64,000 nt of DNA, from the IMG/VR virus record IMGVR_UViG_3300027782_006229, positions 20,842 through 84,841 of that record; one strand, 5' to 3'. Source of the stretch: a virus. How positions within the stretch are numbered: position 1 is the stretch's first letter; the number at the start of each line of letters is the position of its first letter. The position numbers and the translations under genes were made by a program. This document shows, piece by piece, positions 30,608 to 38,026 of the stretch. The notes below the pieces were generated by a model. The model was not told where the DNA came from and made no database searches. It saw only the letters and a program-made list of their open reading frames with translations.

Positions 30608-31206
30608 ATACATTTAAACAATTCTTTTTAGAGCAAACAGATAAAACCGCTGTTATAGCATATGGTCGCTATAACCCACCTACTGTTGGTCACGAGAAGC
30701 TTATTAATAAACTAGCTGATGTAACAAAGAGTGTTAACGGTGATGGATTTCTGGTACCGTCACATACACAAAACAACAAAAAGGACCCACTATCTTTTAA
30801 AGAGAAAGAAGAAATCCTAAAGTATATGACACCACCAAATATTCAAATTTTGGAATCTGGTGCTAATTTAATTTCTGTGCTAAAAGATTTGCAAGATAAA
30901 GGGTATACGAACGTGGTACATATTGCTGGTAGTGATCGAATTCCAGAGTTTGAAGGTTTGGTTGCTAAATATAACGGTAAACCTGATTCAAAAGGTAATA
31001 TTCCTTTTCAATTTAAAGATTATAAGTTTGAATCAGCAGGTGAAAGAGACCCAGATTCTGAGGGAGTTGAAGGTATGAGTGCTTCAAAGCTCAGAAAAGC
31101 TGCTCTCGATAATGATATAGATCTTTTCAAGCAGGGTATGTCTCGTATGATACCGAGTATTTTAGTAAATAAAACTTATAATGCAATAAGAGAACGTATT
31201 AAATAA
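30604..31206 (+). CDS. cytidylyltransferase-like (HxGH) nucleotidyltransferase
   Basis: GRYNPPTVGH, GSDR and MSASKLR motifs. Confidence 0.85.
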   Translation: MNTFKQFFLEQTDKTAVIAYGRYNPPTVGHEKLINKLADVTKSVNGDGFLVPSHTQNNKKDPLSFKEKEEILKYMTPPNIQILESGANLISVLKDLQDKGYTNVVHIAGSDRIPEFEGLVAKYNGKPDSKGNIPFQFKDYKFESAGERDPDSEGVEGMSASKLRKAALDNDIDLFKQGMSRMIPSILVNKTYNAIRERIK

Positions 31207-31210
31207 CTAT

Positions 31211-31549
31211 ATGGATAAAAAGGATAAAATTTCTATTGCTGCTTTATATGAAAATGCTATTTTTATAACAAGGGCATCTAATCTATCACCAGAAACCCAT
31301 ATGCCTGGTATGGCTAGTGATTCAGAAGGTCACAACGTGGATGAAAGTGATCCTAGTGAGATTCATATGGCAAAAGCTGATCTTAAAAAGCTTGCAGAGT
31401 ATTCTCAAAAGCTTTACGATATGGTAGACCAAACAGATGGGCTTGAAGGTTGGGTAGCTTCTAAAATTACTAAAGCATCTGATTATATCTCTTCTGTGTA
31501 TCATTGGTTAGATTATGAACACCAAAATAAAGGATGCGGCTGCGAATAA
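31211..31549 (+). CDS. late hypothetical protein
   Basis: TAAATA upstream; LEGWVASKITKASDYI motif typical of T4-like late proteins. Confidence 0.7.
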   Translation: MDKKDKISIAALYENAIFITRASNLSPETHMPGMASDSEGHNVDESDPSEIHMAKADLKKLAEYSQKLYDMVDQTDGLEGWVASKITKASDYISSVYHWLDYEHQNKGCGCE

Positions 31550-31550
31550 T

Positions 31551-31991
31551 ATGATTAATTTCAAAAAATATTTTAACGAAAAAACGGTAATTGGTTTAAT
31601 TGAAACCATTTACATTAATGATATCGGTGAAGTACAAGCTAAAGTTGATAGTGGTAACGGTGCTTTTAACGTATTGCATGGTGATAATGTATCTGTTAAA
31701 GATGACACAGTTACGTTTAATACAATTAATGGTAGAACCATCACCAAACCAATTGCAAATCATATTAAGATTAACGTCGGTGCAGGTAACTTCGAAGAAA
31801 GACCAGTTGTTGAGTTTGATATAAAAATTGGAGATAGAGAATTTGATAATGTAAAATTCTCTATTGGTAATAGAGCTAGTAATGAATACCCTGTACTCAT
31901 TGGTAAAGACTTTATTAGAGATGAATTAGATGCTCTAATAGATGTAGACGCTAAAAATATTTTTGATAACAATATCGAAGTAGACTATTGA
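31551..31991 (+). CDS. retropepsin-like aspartic protease (RimK-associated Zn_protease family)
   Basis: AKVDSG, ERPVV and YPVLIGK motifs; probable start MINFKKYFNE. Confidence 0.8.
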   Translation: MINFKKYFNEKTVIGLIETIYINDIGEVQAKVDSGNGAFNVLHGDNVSVKDDTVTFNTINGRTITKPIANHIKINVGAGNFEERPVVEFDIKIGDREFDNVKFSIGNRASNEYPVLIGKDFIRDELDALIDVDAKNIFDNNIEVDY

Positions 31992-31994
31992 GTT

Positions 31995-32438
31995 TTGAAA
32001 ATTTTAATTTGTGGTCGTAGTGGAAGTGGTAAAAGTTTTTTTACCAAATATTTGAGAGAGCATATTGAGTTCTCTCACTTTAACGGTGATTTCATTAGAG
32101 AATTAACTCGTAACACTGATTTTACTATTACCGGTCGAACCCGTCAAGCTTTTTGTATGAAGCTTTTAGCTGATAATTGTGGTGATAAAGTTGTTGTTTG
32201 TGACTTTATTTGTCCTACAAAAGAATTACGAAAAATATTTACACCAGATATTATAGTGTATTGCGTTCATCCTGGGTCAGGAAAATATGCAGATACAGAT
32301 TTATTATTCCAGGAAGTTGCTTCATCTGAAGCAACAAATGTTTTCCGTTTTGAAAGGGGTTATGAAGAAAATTTAGTAAAAGAGATACTTAAACTTTGCA
32401 TTAACAATGATAGTTTAAGTATCTCTGAGCAGCTTTAG
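31995..32438 (+). CDS. adenylylsulfate kinase-like P-loop kinase
   Basis: GRSGSGKS, NGDFIR, DF...GR and DFICP motifs. Confidence 0.7.
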   Translation: MKILICGRSGSGKSFFTKYLREHIEFSHFNGDFIRELTRNTDFTITGRTRQAFCMKLLADNCGDKVVVCDFICPTKELRKIFTPDIIVYCVHPGSGKYADTDLLFQEVASSEATNVFRFERGYEENLVKEILKLCINNDSLSISEQL

Positions 32439-32594
32439 CTGTATTGTTACCTTTGTTCTTCTGTTTAGATTTTAACGCTCTCGCTTTAGAACAAGTCATC
32501 TTACCTTTTGTCTGTCTCTTTAGTATACCTGGTCTAACAGGATCGTGAACGCTCTTCTTTTCGGTAATATTGAAGTATTCAGCAAAGGTAATCA
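32401..32594 (-). CDS. small basic late protein
   Basis: Likely start MITFAEYFNITE behind TAAATA; the longer ORF call overlaps a tRNA. Confidence 0.65.
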
Positions 32595-32613
32595 TACCTT
32601 TATTTAATCTAAA

Positions 32614-32709
32614 TGGTACTCCAGGCCGGGATCGAACCGACAACCGCGGCCTAATCTGGGCCATACGAAAGGTATAAGCTTTCCGCTCTGCCAATTGAGC
32701 TACTGGAGT
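32614..32709 (-). tRNA. tRNA-Ile(UAU) with long variable arm
   Basis: ACTCCAG acceptor, GAAAG-CTTATAC-CTTTC anticodon arm, about 25-nt variable region, TTCGATC T-loop, ACCA. Confidence 0.85.
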
Positions 32710-32747
32710 GTTATTAAATTTAATGTCTTTATTTTACAGATCAACTA

Positions 32748-33341
32748 TTAGTTTTTTAAATCTTCAAAATCGTTGTAAATATGCTGGTATGTTTGTCCAG
32801 CTTCCTCAGTTTGAGGTGTAAAATATTCTGATGTTATAGCTGTATTTTTAGCTTTTTCTCCAGCAGCATTAATCTGATCATTAAAATCGTCAATTTGATC
32901 ACGATTAGGATTTCTTAAACTAGATAGTTCATGATCTAGTTGATCGAGCAATGATGTATCACCATTACGTCTTGCTTCCATTTTCTGTCTCATTAATGAA
33001 TGACGTTTTTTATTAAACTCAGGTTCCGCATGCAACTCATTCATTTTAGCTCTTAACGGTTGTGTTACTGGCCACATGATGTTTTGATGGAAAAACAAAC
33101 TTAATGTTTGTAGTAGCTTTGATAATTTTTTATCACGATGTTCACCAGATGGTCCTATTCCATGTTTATTCATCGTATATAAAGATAGATAAGACACTTT
33201 ATCAGCGAATTCTTTTAAAGTCATCGGTTTACCAGTTCTAGTGTCGGTGGTAATCGATTGCAAAAACTCTTCAATTGTATTGAAGTTTGGTTCTGCAAGT
33301 TCGTAACTCTCGTTAAAATAAAATTGACTAAATGTTATCAT
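32748..33341 (-). CDS. late hypothetical protein (internal-protein-like N-terminus)
   Basis: TAAATA; MITFSQFYFNE. Confidence 0.65.
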   Translation of the reverse strand: MITFSQFYFNESYELAEPNFNTIEEFLQSITTDTRTGKPMTLKEFADKVSYLSLYTMNKHGIGPSGEHRDKKLSKLLQTLSLFFHQNIMWPVTQPLRAKMNELHAEPEFNKKRHSLMRQKMEARRNGDTSLLDQLDHELSSLRNPNRDQIDDFNDQINAAGEKAKNTAITSEYFTPQTEEAGQTYQHIYNDFEDLKN

Positions 33342-33398
33342 CTATGTTATTTATTTAATGCAGGGGTTTTACGTGATTAACCTGCAACCACTTTTAAC

Positions 33399-34415
33399 TT
33401 ACTTATTGTAAATATCAAGTAAGTTAAACTTGAGATTTGGTCCATTAGTAAAGATTTCACCAGCAGATTTATTCAAGCGCATTGCAGTATCATTACCAAT
33501 AACACTACGTTCATGACTTGCAAGATTGGTAGCAAGGTTGAATACATCATATAGATTTTCATCTGTATAAATAAACTTCTGACGTTTTGCGCTAAAGTTA
33601 TCAACTGAATGACCAGCGTTATGGAAGTCAGCAACAATACTTGAATATTGAGGCATAAAACGTTCACGAGATTCTTTATTAAGTTGACTTGCAACACAAT
33701 TGACTTCATATAGAGAGGCTCGAGCATTTCGTAGAGCATCAACGCGAGGTTTAACACTGCTAATTATACTATCGTTATTAGCGAATTTCAAAAATTGCTT
33801 ACCGATATTCTTACTAACAGCTGCCACACGATATGCAAGTTGCTCACGAGTAGTCATACCATTTGTGCACATAAGACGCAAAAAGTAATTTGCAAATTGC
33901 TGACTTGCGTGACCAATAATAGAGGTTGCTCCGAACTTCCAAAGATCACCGAGGCCGCAATTAATATCATCACCACCAACAGTATGCACTTCTACATTAC
34001 ACGTTTCGCTATTCCATTCGATACGTTGCAGGTTGTGATTAATATTTTCGTCAATAGTATTGAAGAGCTCATCAAGACGTTCATCAAAATTGAGTTGAGT
34101 ATTTTCTTTTACGTTAGAATTAACTAGCGTATTAACGTTATTATTGTGATCAACAATACAGGTAAACTGCTTATTTTTATCAATAGTATTCAATGCGGTA
34201 CGAATTGAATCCCAATTTTCTGCTGGCTTTGCAAAAATCTCTTTTGAAAGATTTGTACGAATACCGATTGCATCCATAATTCGCCTGGTATTGGTCGTTG
34301 AGTACTTATCAGCGATAATAAGTCGATTATGCTCACATGTAATATGCTGAGTATTAAAAGGTACGATTGTGTGTTGCTTTACTTTGTCTTTTACTTGTTC
34401 TAATGTATTTGTCAT
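33399..34415 (-). CDS. DUF932-like protein
   Basis: RLMCTNGM and LYDVFNLAT motifs; early promoter upstream. Confidence 0.55.
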   Translation of the reverse strand: MTNTLEQVKDKVKQHTIVPFNTQHITCEHNRLIIADKYSTTNTRRIMDAIGIRTNLSKEIFAKPAENWDSIRTALNTIDKNKQFTCIVDHNNNVNTLVNSNVKENTQLNFDERLDELFNTIDENINHNLQRIEWNSETCNVEVHTVGGDDINCGLGDLWKFGATSIIGHASQQFANYFLRLMCTNGMTTREQLAYRVAAVSKNIGKQFLKFANNDSIISSVKPRVDALRNARASLYEVNCVASQLNKESRERFMPQYSSIVADFHNAGHSVDNFSAKRQKFIYTDENLYDVFNLATNLASHERSVIGNDTAMRLNKSAGEIFTNGPNLKFNLLDIYNK

Positions 34416-34449
34416 ATATTTTGTAGTAATTGTTTTGTTACTTACTACT

Positions 34450-34479
34450 ATTATAATGTATTTCCTTTAGAGTTCCACT
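34450..34479 (-). promoter_or_regulatory. early promoter with AGGAAA spacer motif
   Basis: GTGGAACTCTAAAGGAAATACATTATAAT. Confidence 0.6.
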
Positions 34480-34521
34480 ATTGTTTTAAATTTTGATCTA
34501 ACACCAAACATAAATAATGAT

Positions 34522-34608
34522 ATGAATGTCCTTGAAATATTAGAAATGTTTTTAGGACTTTTTTGCATTACTGCAATCTTCATCGCTATAGCAAAAGTTT
34601 TGCCTTAG
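34522..34608 (+). CDS. 28-aa hydrophobic peptide
   Basis: MNVLEILEMFLGLFCITAIFIAIAKVLP; TAAATA at 34511. Confidence 0.5.
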   Translation: MNVLEILEMFLGLFCITAIFIAIAKVLP

Positions 34609-34625
34609 CTTGAACTGCAGTCCTT

Positions 34626-34706
34626 ATGGACTATTTATTTATAATTTTAGGAATTTTTGGCATTGCGTTGGGCTTGTACCTCATTGCAACAGCCAACCAT
34701 CAATGA
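34626..34706 (+). CDS. 26-aa hydrophobic peptide
   Basis: MDYLFIILGIFGIALGLYLIATANHQ. Confidence 0.5.
   Translation: MDYLFIILGIFGIALGLYLIATANHQ
34677..34695 (+). repeat. 19-bp direct repeat, copy 1
   Basis: TACCTCATTGCAACAGCCA. Confidence 0.8.
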
Positions 34707-35482
34707 TGTTGTTGCACCTGTTCATACAGTGCAATTAAATTTTTCATGTCAGTGGTGTGATGATCAACTGCAAGTTTGTATCCGTGCTGTTCAGAACCAC
34801 CCTGCGGCGCACCTCCAAGATAATCTGCTGGAGAGTATTCAATGCTGTTAGCATATGCTTTTTCTTTTTTCTTTTCACCCATTTCACTCTTGACAACCTT
34901 GATTGCATCGTTGATAACTGAATCAATAGTGCTTATTATTTCTCGATCACCGTGAAATAACCCTTTATCTATCATTTTTTCAGCAGGGTACAATACTCTT
35001 GGTTCACCCATTGCGTTTTTAAAATAAATGTCACCGGCTGAATGATATTTAGGATCTTTTAAAAACTCCATGGCTTTGTCTAGAGGGTGCTGCACAAATT
35101 GTTCGACATCTTCTGGTGTAAAATTTTTATTACTTGGAAATTTATCTAATAGTGTTTCTTGTACATAATCTGCAAATGTATCCCCATCTTTTGCAACATA
35201 ATTCACAATTGCTTTTGCTAATTCATCATTTATTTTGATTGAACTCAATTGTTGATTTGCTTTTTGTGCAAATATTTTTGCGTTATCACTAGTGGTAATA
35301 GTCGAAAAAATATTATACCAATCGCCTTTTTTAAATCTACCAATGTTGATTGTAGCACCTTTTAATCCGCTGCCAACAGATGAAAGTCTTTTTGCTGCAG
35401 GTAAAGCTTGTATTGGTTTAGCAAAAGAAGCTATCAATGTACCAATCATTTTTTTGAGAATATTTCTGCGTGAATCCATCAT
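34700..35482 (-). CDS. late hypothetical protein with twin-arginine-like leader
   Basis: MMDSRRNILKKMIGTLIASFAKPIQA; TATAAATA upstream. Confidence 0.7.
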   Translation of the reverse strand: MMDSRRNILKKMIGTLIASFAKPIQALPAAKRLSSVGSGLKGATINIGRFKKGDWYNIFSTITTSDNAKIFAQKANQQLSSIKINDELAKAIVNYVAKDGDTFADYVQETLLDKFPSNKNFTPEDVEQFVQHPLDKAMEFLKDPKYHSAGDIYFKNAMGEPRVLYPAEKMIDKGLFHGDREIISTIDSVINDAIKVVKSEMGEKKKEKAYANSIEYSPADYLGGAPQGGSEQHGYKLAVDHHTTDMKNLIALYEQVQQHH

Positions 35483-35525
35483 GCATATATTTATATAAAA
35501 ATTTGTTAGATTTTAAATTTATAAA

Positions 35526-35544
35526 TACCTCATTGCAACTGCCA
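35526..35544 (+). repeat. 19-bp direct repeat, copy 2
   Basis: TACCTCATTGCAACTGCCA (one mismatch to copy 1). Confidence 0.8.
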
Positions 35545-35549
35545 GATGA

Positions 35550-35792
35550 TCATATATCGAAGAACCCTTCAGCTTTAAGATATTTTTCAACTTTCATAAA
35601 GAAATTAATGTCTTGCAATGAGGGGTAATCCACATACTCTTTAGAAATATCACTGCCCTCAAAATCTAAGGATGCAATGTATTGTAATGTTAGATTTAAA
35701 TTTGCTCTACATTTTCGTCCATGAAAATCAAATACTATGTTTCTTCGTAAACACTTGTTGAGCATTTGTTGTAATGTTTCTTCTTCTTTCAT
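35550..35792 (-). CDS. hypothetical protein
   Basis: Likely start MKEEETL immediately after tRNA-Leu. Confidence 0.55.
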   Translation of the reverse strand: MKEEETLQQMLNKCLRRNIVFDFHGRKCRANLNLTLQYIASLDFEGSDISKEYVDYPSLQDINFFMKVEKYLKAEGFFDI

Positions 35793-35801
35793 GTAGTAAA
35801 T

Positions 35802-35878
35802 TGGTACCCTGAGTCGGATTCGAACCGACAACACACGGATCTTAAATCCGATGCATCTACCAATTGTGCTACCAGGGC
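35802..35878 (-). tRNA. tRNA-Leu(UAA), short variable loop
   Basis: Cloverleaf, anticodon loop TTTAAGA, ACCA. Confidence 0.85.
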
Positions 35879-35886
35879 ATTGAAAG

Positions 35887-35961
35887 TGGTTCTCTTGGAT
35901 GGTAATGCTCCATCTTAGATCGCTTCACAGGCGATGACATTACTTTTATGATACGAAGAGA
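35887..35961 (-). tRNA. tRNA-His(GUG), non-canonical
   Basis: ATCGC-CTGTGAA-GCGAT; T-loop AGCATTA; irregular acceptor; CCA. Confidence 0.7.
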
Positions 35962-35970
35962 TTTTGAAAG

Positions 35971-36045
35971 TGGTACCTGGTGCGGGAATCGAACCCACAT
36001 AAAGGCTTTAGAAGAGCCTTGTCCTATCCGTTGAACGAACCAGGC
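35971..36045 (-). tRNA. tRNA-Arg(UCU)
   Basis: AGGCT-CTTCTAA-AGCCT, CCA. Confidence 0.92.
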
Positions 36046-36053
36046 ATTTAAAT

Positions 36054-36128
36054 TGGAGCGCAATCAGGGAATCAAACCCTGCTAAGCGATTTTGCAGACC
36101 GCCACCTACATCAGCTGGCTCATTGCGC
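36054..36128 (-). tRNA. tRNA-Cys(GCA)
   Basis: Anticodon loop CTGCAAA, U73, CCA. Confidence 0.85.
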
Positions 36129-36142
36129 ATTTGAAAATTGTT

Positions 36143-36285
36143 GACACTCTATTGAGTAGCTAATTCAACGAGTGCCTCAGAAACCATTCAATGAGCTTGT
36201 GCAAGCGCACCCAGTCAGACGTGAATCTGAACAGCCAAAGTGCCAGGAACAGCAACGAAACTGACAGTTAGTTGAATATTTCTGA
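36143..36285 (-). ncRNA. unassigned structured RNA candidate B
   Basis: 14-bp helix TCAGAAATATTCAA/TTGAATG-G-TTTCTGA plus internal and 3' hairpins; no ORF. Confidence 0.6.
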
Positions 36286-36290
36286 ATATC

Positions 36291-36484
36291 GATAGCCGGT
36301 GAGGTATCCAAGAGTATCTGGTCTATCTACAGATCCCTCTCTGCCCATTCTCCGTTTGTAATATACACTTCATAATGCTTCCGTCCAGTATTATCATACT
36401 TTGCATTGCAATGCATTTCAGGTCTTACCCGGCCCCTCACATTATTTTCTCATTACACGCAACCTGCGTCTTTCCTTACTATCA
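36291..36484 (-). ncRNA. unassigned multi-hairpin RNA candidate A
   Basis: Closing GATAGT/GCTATC, GTGAGG/CCTCAC and at least five hairpins; no convincing ORF. Confidence 0.65.
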
Positions 36485-36488
36485 AAAT

Positions 36489-36563
36489 TGGTGGAGCGTA
36501 AGGGATTCGAACCCTTTCTTCAACCGTGCAAGGATCATGTGCTACCATTATCACTAACGCCCC
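36489..36563 (-). tRNA. tRNA-Ala(UGC)
   Basis: G3:U70, anticodon loop CTTGCAC, CCA. Confidence 0.92.
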
Positions 36564-36569
36564 ATAAAA

Positions 36570-36644
36570 TGGTACCCGAAGTAGGATTCAAACCTACAAC
36601 AATCCGCGTGTAAGGCGGGCGCTCTATCGTTGAGCTATTCGGGC
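36570..36644 (-). tRNA. tRNA-Val(UAC)
   Basis: Anticodon loop CTTACAC, CCA. Confidence 0.9.
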
Positions 36645-36651
36645 AATTTAC

Positions 36652-36849
36652 CTACTCTGAAACTTTTGTCTCTTTACGAGCATTTTTCTCTGCTGTAATT
36701 TCATTACGACGAGCTTTAGCTAGTACGATAATCTCTTGTAGACGCTTTCGTGCGTTTGTACTTGCAGATGATTTACCGTTGATGAATTTTTCATCATCAA
36801 TTGCAAAAGCTTCAGTTAGTTCTTTAAGTTGGTCATATGTTTTTGTCAT
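36652..36849 (-). CDS. histone H1-like (Hc1 family) small protein
   Basis: KF..G.SSASTNARKRLQEI..LAKARR.EI pattern; own early promoter at 36855-36882. Confidence 0.7.
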   Translation of the reverse strand: MTKTYDQLKELTEAFAIDDEKFINGKSSASTNARKRLQEIIVLAKARRNEITAEKNARKETKVSE

Positions 36850-36891
36850 ACTTTATTATAATATCTTTCCTATCTGAATCAACTATTAAAT

Positions 36892-36966
36892 TGGCTCCCC
36901 AGGTACGGTTCGAACGTACGACATGACGGTTAACAGCCGTCCGCTCTACCACTGAGCTACTGGGGA
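36892..36966 (-). tRNA. tRNA-Asn(GUU)
   Basis: Anticodon loop CTGTTAA, G73, CCA. Confidence 0.93.
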
Positions 36967-37304
36967 TTTTTATCTGCAACAATATATATTCTGTCTAATT
37001 GTTGTTCAACTAAAATTTTGTTTAAATCTTCTCTGTATATTTTACACAATGCAAAAACTCTATCGAGCATTCTATTTGCATTGGTAATCATCTTATGTGA
37101 CTCAAAGCTGTAGATGCAATCATGAACTCGATGCATTCTAATACACCCAAATTCAGTTGCCTCGTTATCGAGTTTTTCAAAAAGTTCTTCAATTGATTTA
37201 ATATGACCCCAATCTAGAGAATAAGGAATTCCTGTAAACTTACACTGATGCTCAACTATCTCTTTGATTTTACTTTTATTGATAACGAAGATTGGTTGTT
37301 TCAT
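36957..37304 (-). CDS. hypothetical protein within tRNA array
   Basis: 115-aa ORF between tRNAs; stop lies inside tRNA-Asn. Confidence 0.55.
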   Translation of the reverse strand: MKQPIFVINKSKIKEIVEHQCKFTGIPYSLDWGHIKSIEELFEKLDNEATEFGCIRMHRVHDCIYSFESHKMITNANRMLDRVFALCKIYREDLNKILVEQQLDRIYIVADKNPQ

Positions 37305-37309
37305 AAAAT

Positions 37310-37383
37310 TGGATGCAGGTCGGGAATCGCACCGCGCTCTATGGGTTATGAGCCCAGAATGGTCACTAGACCACTTACCTGCA
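37310..37383 (-). tRNA. tRNA-Met(CAU), initiator-like and non-canonical
   Basis: GGG-CTCATAA-CCC anticodon stem; T-loop TGCGATT; CCA. Confidence 0.75.
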
Positions 37384-37392
37384 ATTTGAAAT

Positions 37393-37470
37393 TGGCAGAG
37401 CTGATGGGTGCTGCCCCCACTCTATATCTCGCTCGACAGGCGAGTGTCAATGCTGTTTGACTTCAGCTCT
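37393..37470 (-). tRNA. tRNA-Asp(GUC), non-canonical elbow
   Basis: Anticodon loop CTGTCGA, G73; T-loop GGCAGCA. Confidence 0.8.
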
Positions 37471-37479
37471 ATTTGAAAT

Positions 37480-37556
37480 TGGTAACGGCGACGGGGATCG
37501 AACCCGCGGTCTTCACGTTGAAAGCGTGACGATTTAACCAACTAATCTACACCGTC
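37480..37556 (-). tRNA. tRNA-Glu(UUC)
   Basis: Anticodon loop CTTTCAA, CCA. Confidence 0.92.
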
Positions 37557-37602
37557 ATTTAAATTAATTACTCTTTTATTATAACTTATTTCCTTTTGAA
37601 AT

Positions 37603-37679
37603 TGGTCATCCCAGAGGTAGTTGCAACCTCACCATACCGGATTAAAAGTCCGGTGCCGGTCTACTGTGGCTTTAGGATG
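37603..37679 (-). tRNA. tRNA-Lys(UUU), non-canonical elbow
   Basis: Anticodon loop CTTTTAA; T-loop TGCAACT. Confidence 0.8.
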
Positions 37680-37688
37680 TTTTGAAAT

Positions 37689-37762
37689 TGGTGCCTCTAG
37701 CTGGAATCGAACCAGCGTTTATCGCGTATGAAACGATCATTCTACCATTGAATTATAGAGGC
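37689..37762 (-). tRNA. tRNA-Met or tRNA-Ile2 (CAU)
   Basis: Anticodon loop TTCATAC, CCA. Confidence 0.85.
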
Positions 37763-37771
37763 TTTTGAAAT

Positions 37772-37846
37772 TGGCAGCTCCCCCAAGACTCGAACTTGGA
37801 CTAAAAGATTCAAAATCTTCTGTGCTAACCATTACACTAAGGAGCC
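37772..37846 (-). tRNA. tRNA-Gln(UUG)
   Basis: Anticodon loop TTTTGAA, CCA. Confidence 0.85.
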
Positions 37847-37855
37847 ATTTGAAAT

Positions 37856-37932
37856 TGGTACCCGTAGAGGGATTCGAACCCCCAACATTATGATCCTAAA
37901 TCATATGCATCTACCAGTTGTGCTATACGGGC
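37856..37932 (-). tRNA. tRNA-Leu(UAG), short variable loop
   Basis: TATGA-TTTAGGA-TCATA, CCA. Confidence 0.88.
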
Positions 37933-37941
37933 ATTTGAAAT

Positions 37942-38018
37942 TGGTACTCTCGGAGGTAGTTGCAACCTCATCATATCCGGTTAAGAGCCGGGTGCCGATC
38001 TACTGTAGCATCGAGAGT
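37942..38018 (-). tRNA. tRNA-Lys(CUU), non-canonical elbow
   Basis: Anticodon loop CTCTTAA; T-loop TGCAACT. Confidence 0.8.
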
Positions 38019-38026
38019 ATTTGAAA

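Noticed and set aside
36185-36250. HDV-like/theta ribozyme (loop UUCACGU as in CPEB3)
   Set aside because: P1 is weak with no G at position 1, there is no convincing catalytic C-N-A-A junction, and it does not abut a tRNA 3' end; only an assay could rescue it
36291-36484. RNase P RNA (AGGAAAG near the 5' end, CCGGCUAUC at the 3' end)
   Set aside because: Too short, AGGAAAG is not followed by UCC, and the P4 pairing and other conserved regions could not be built
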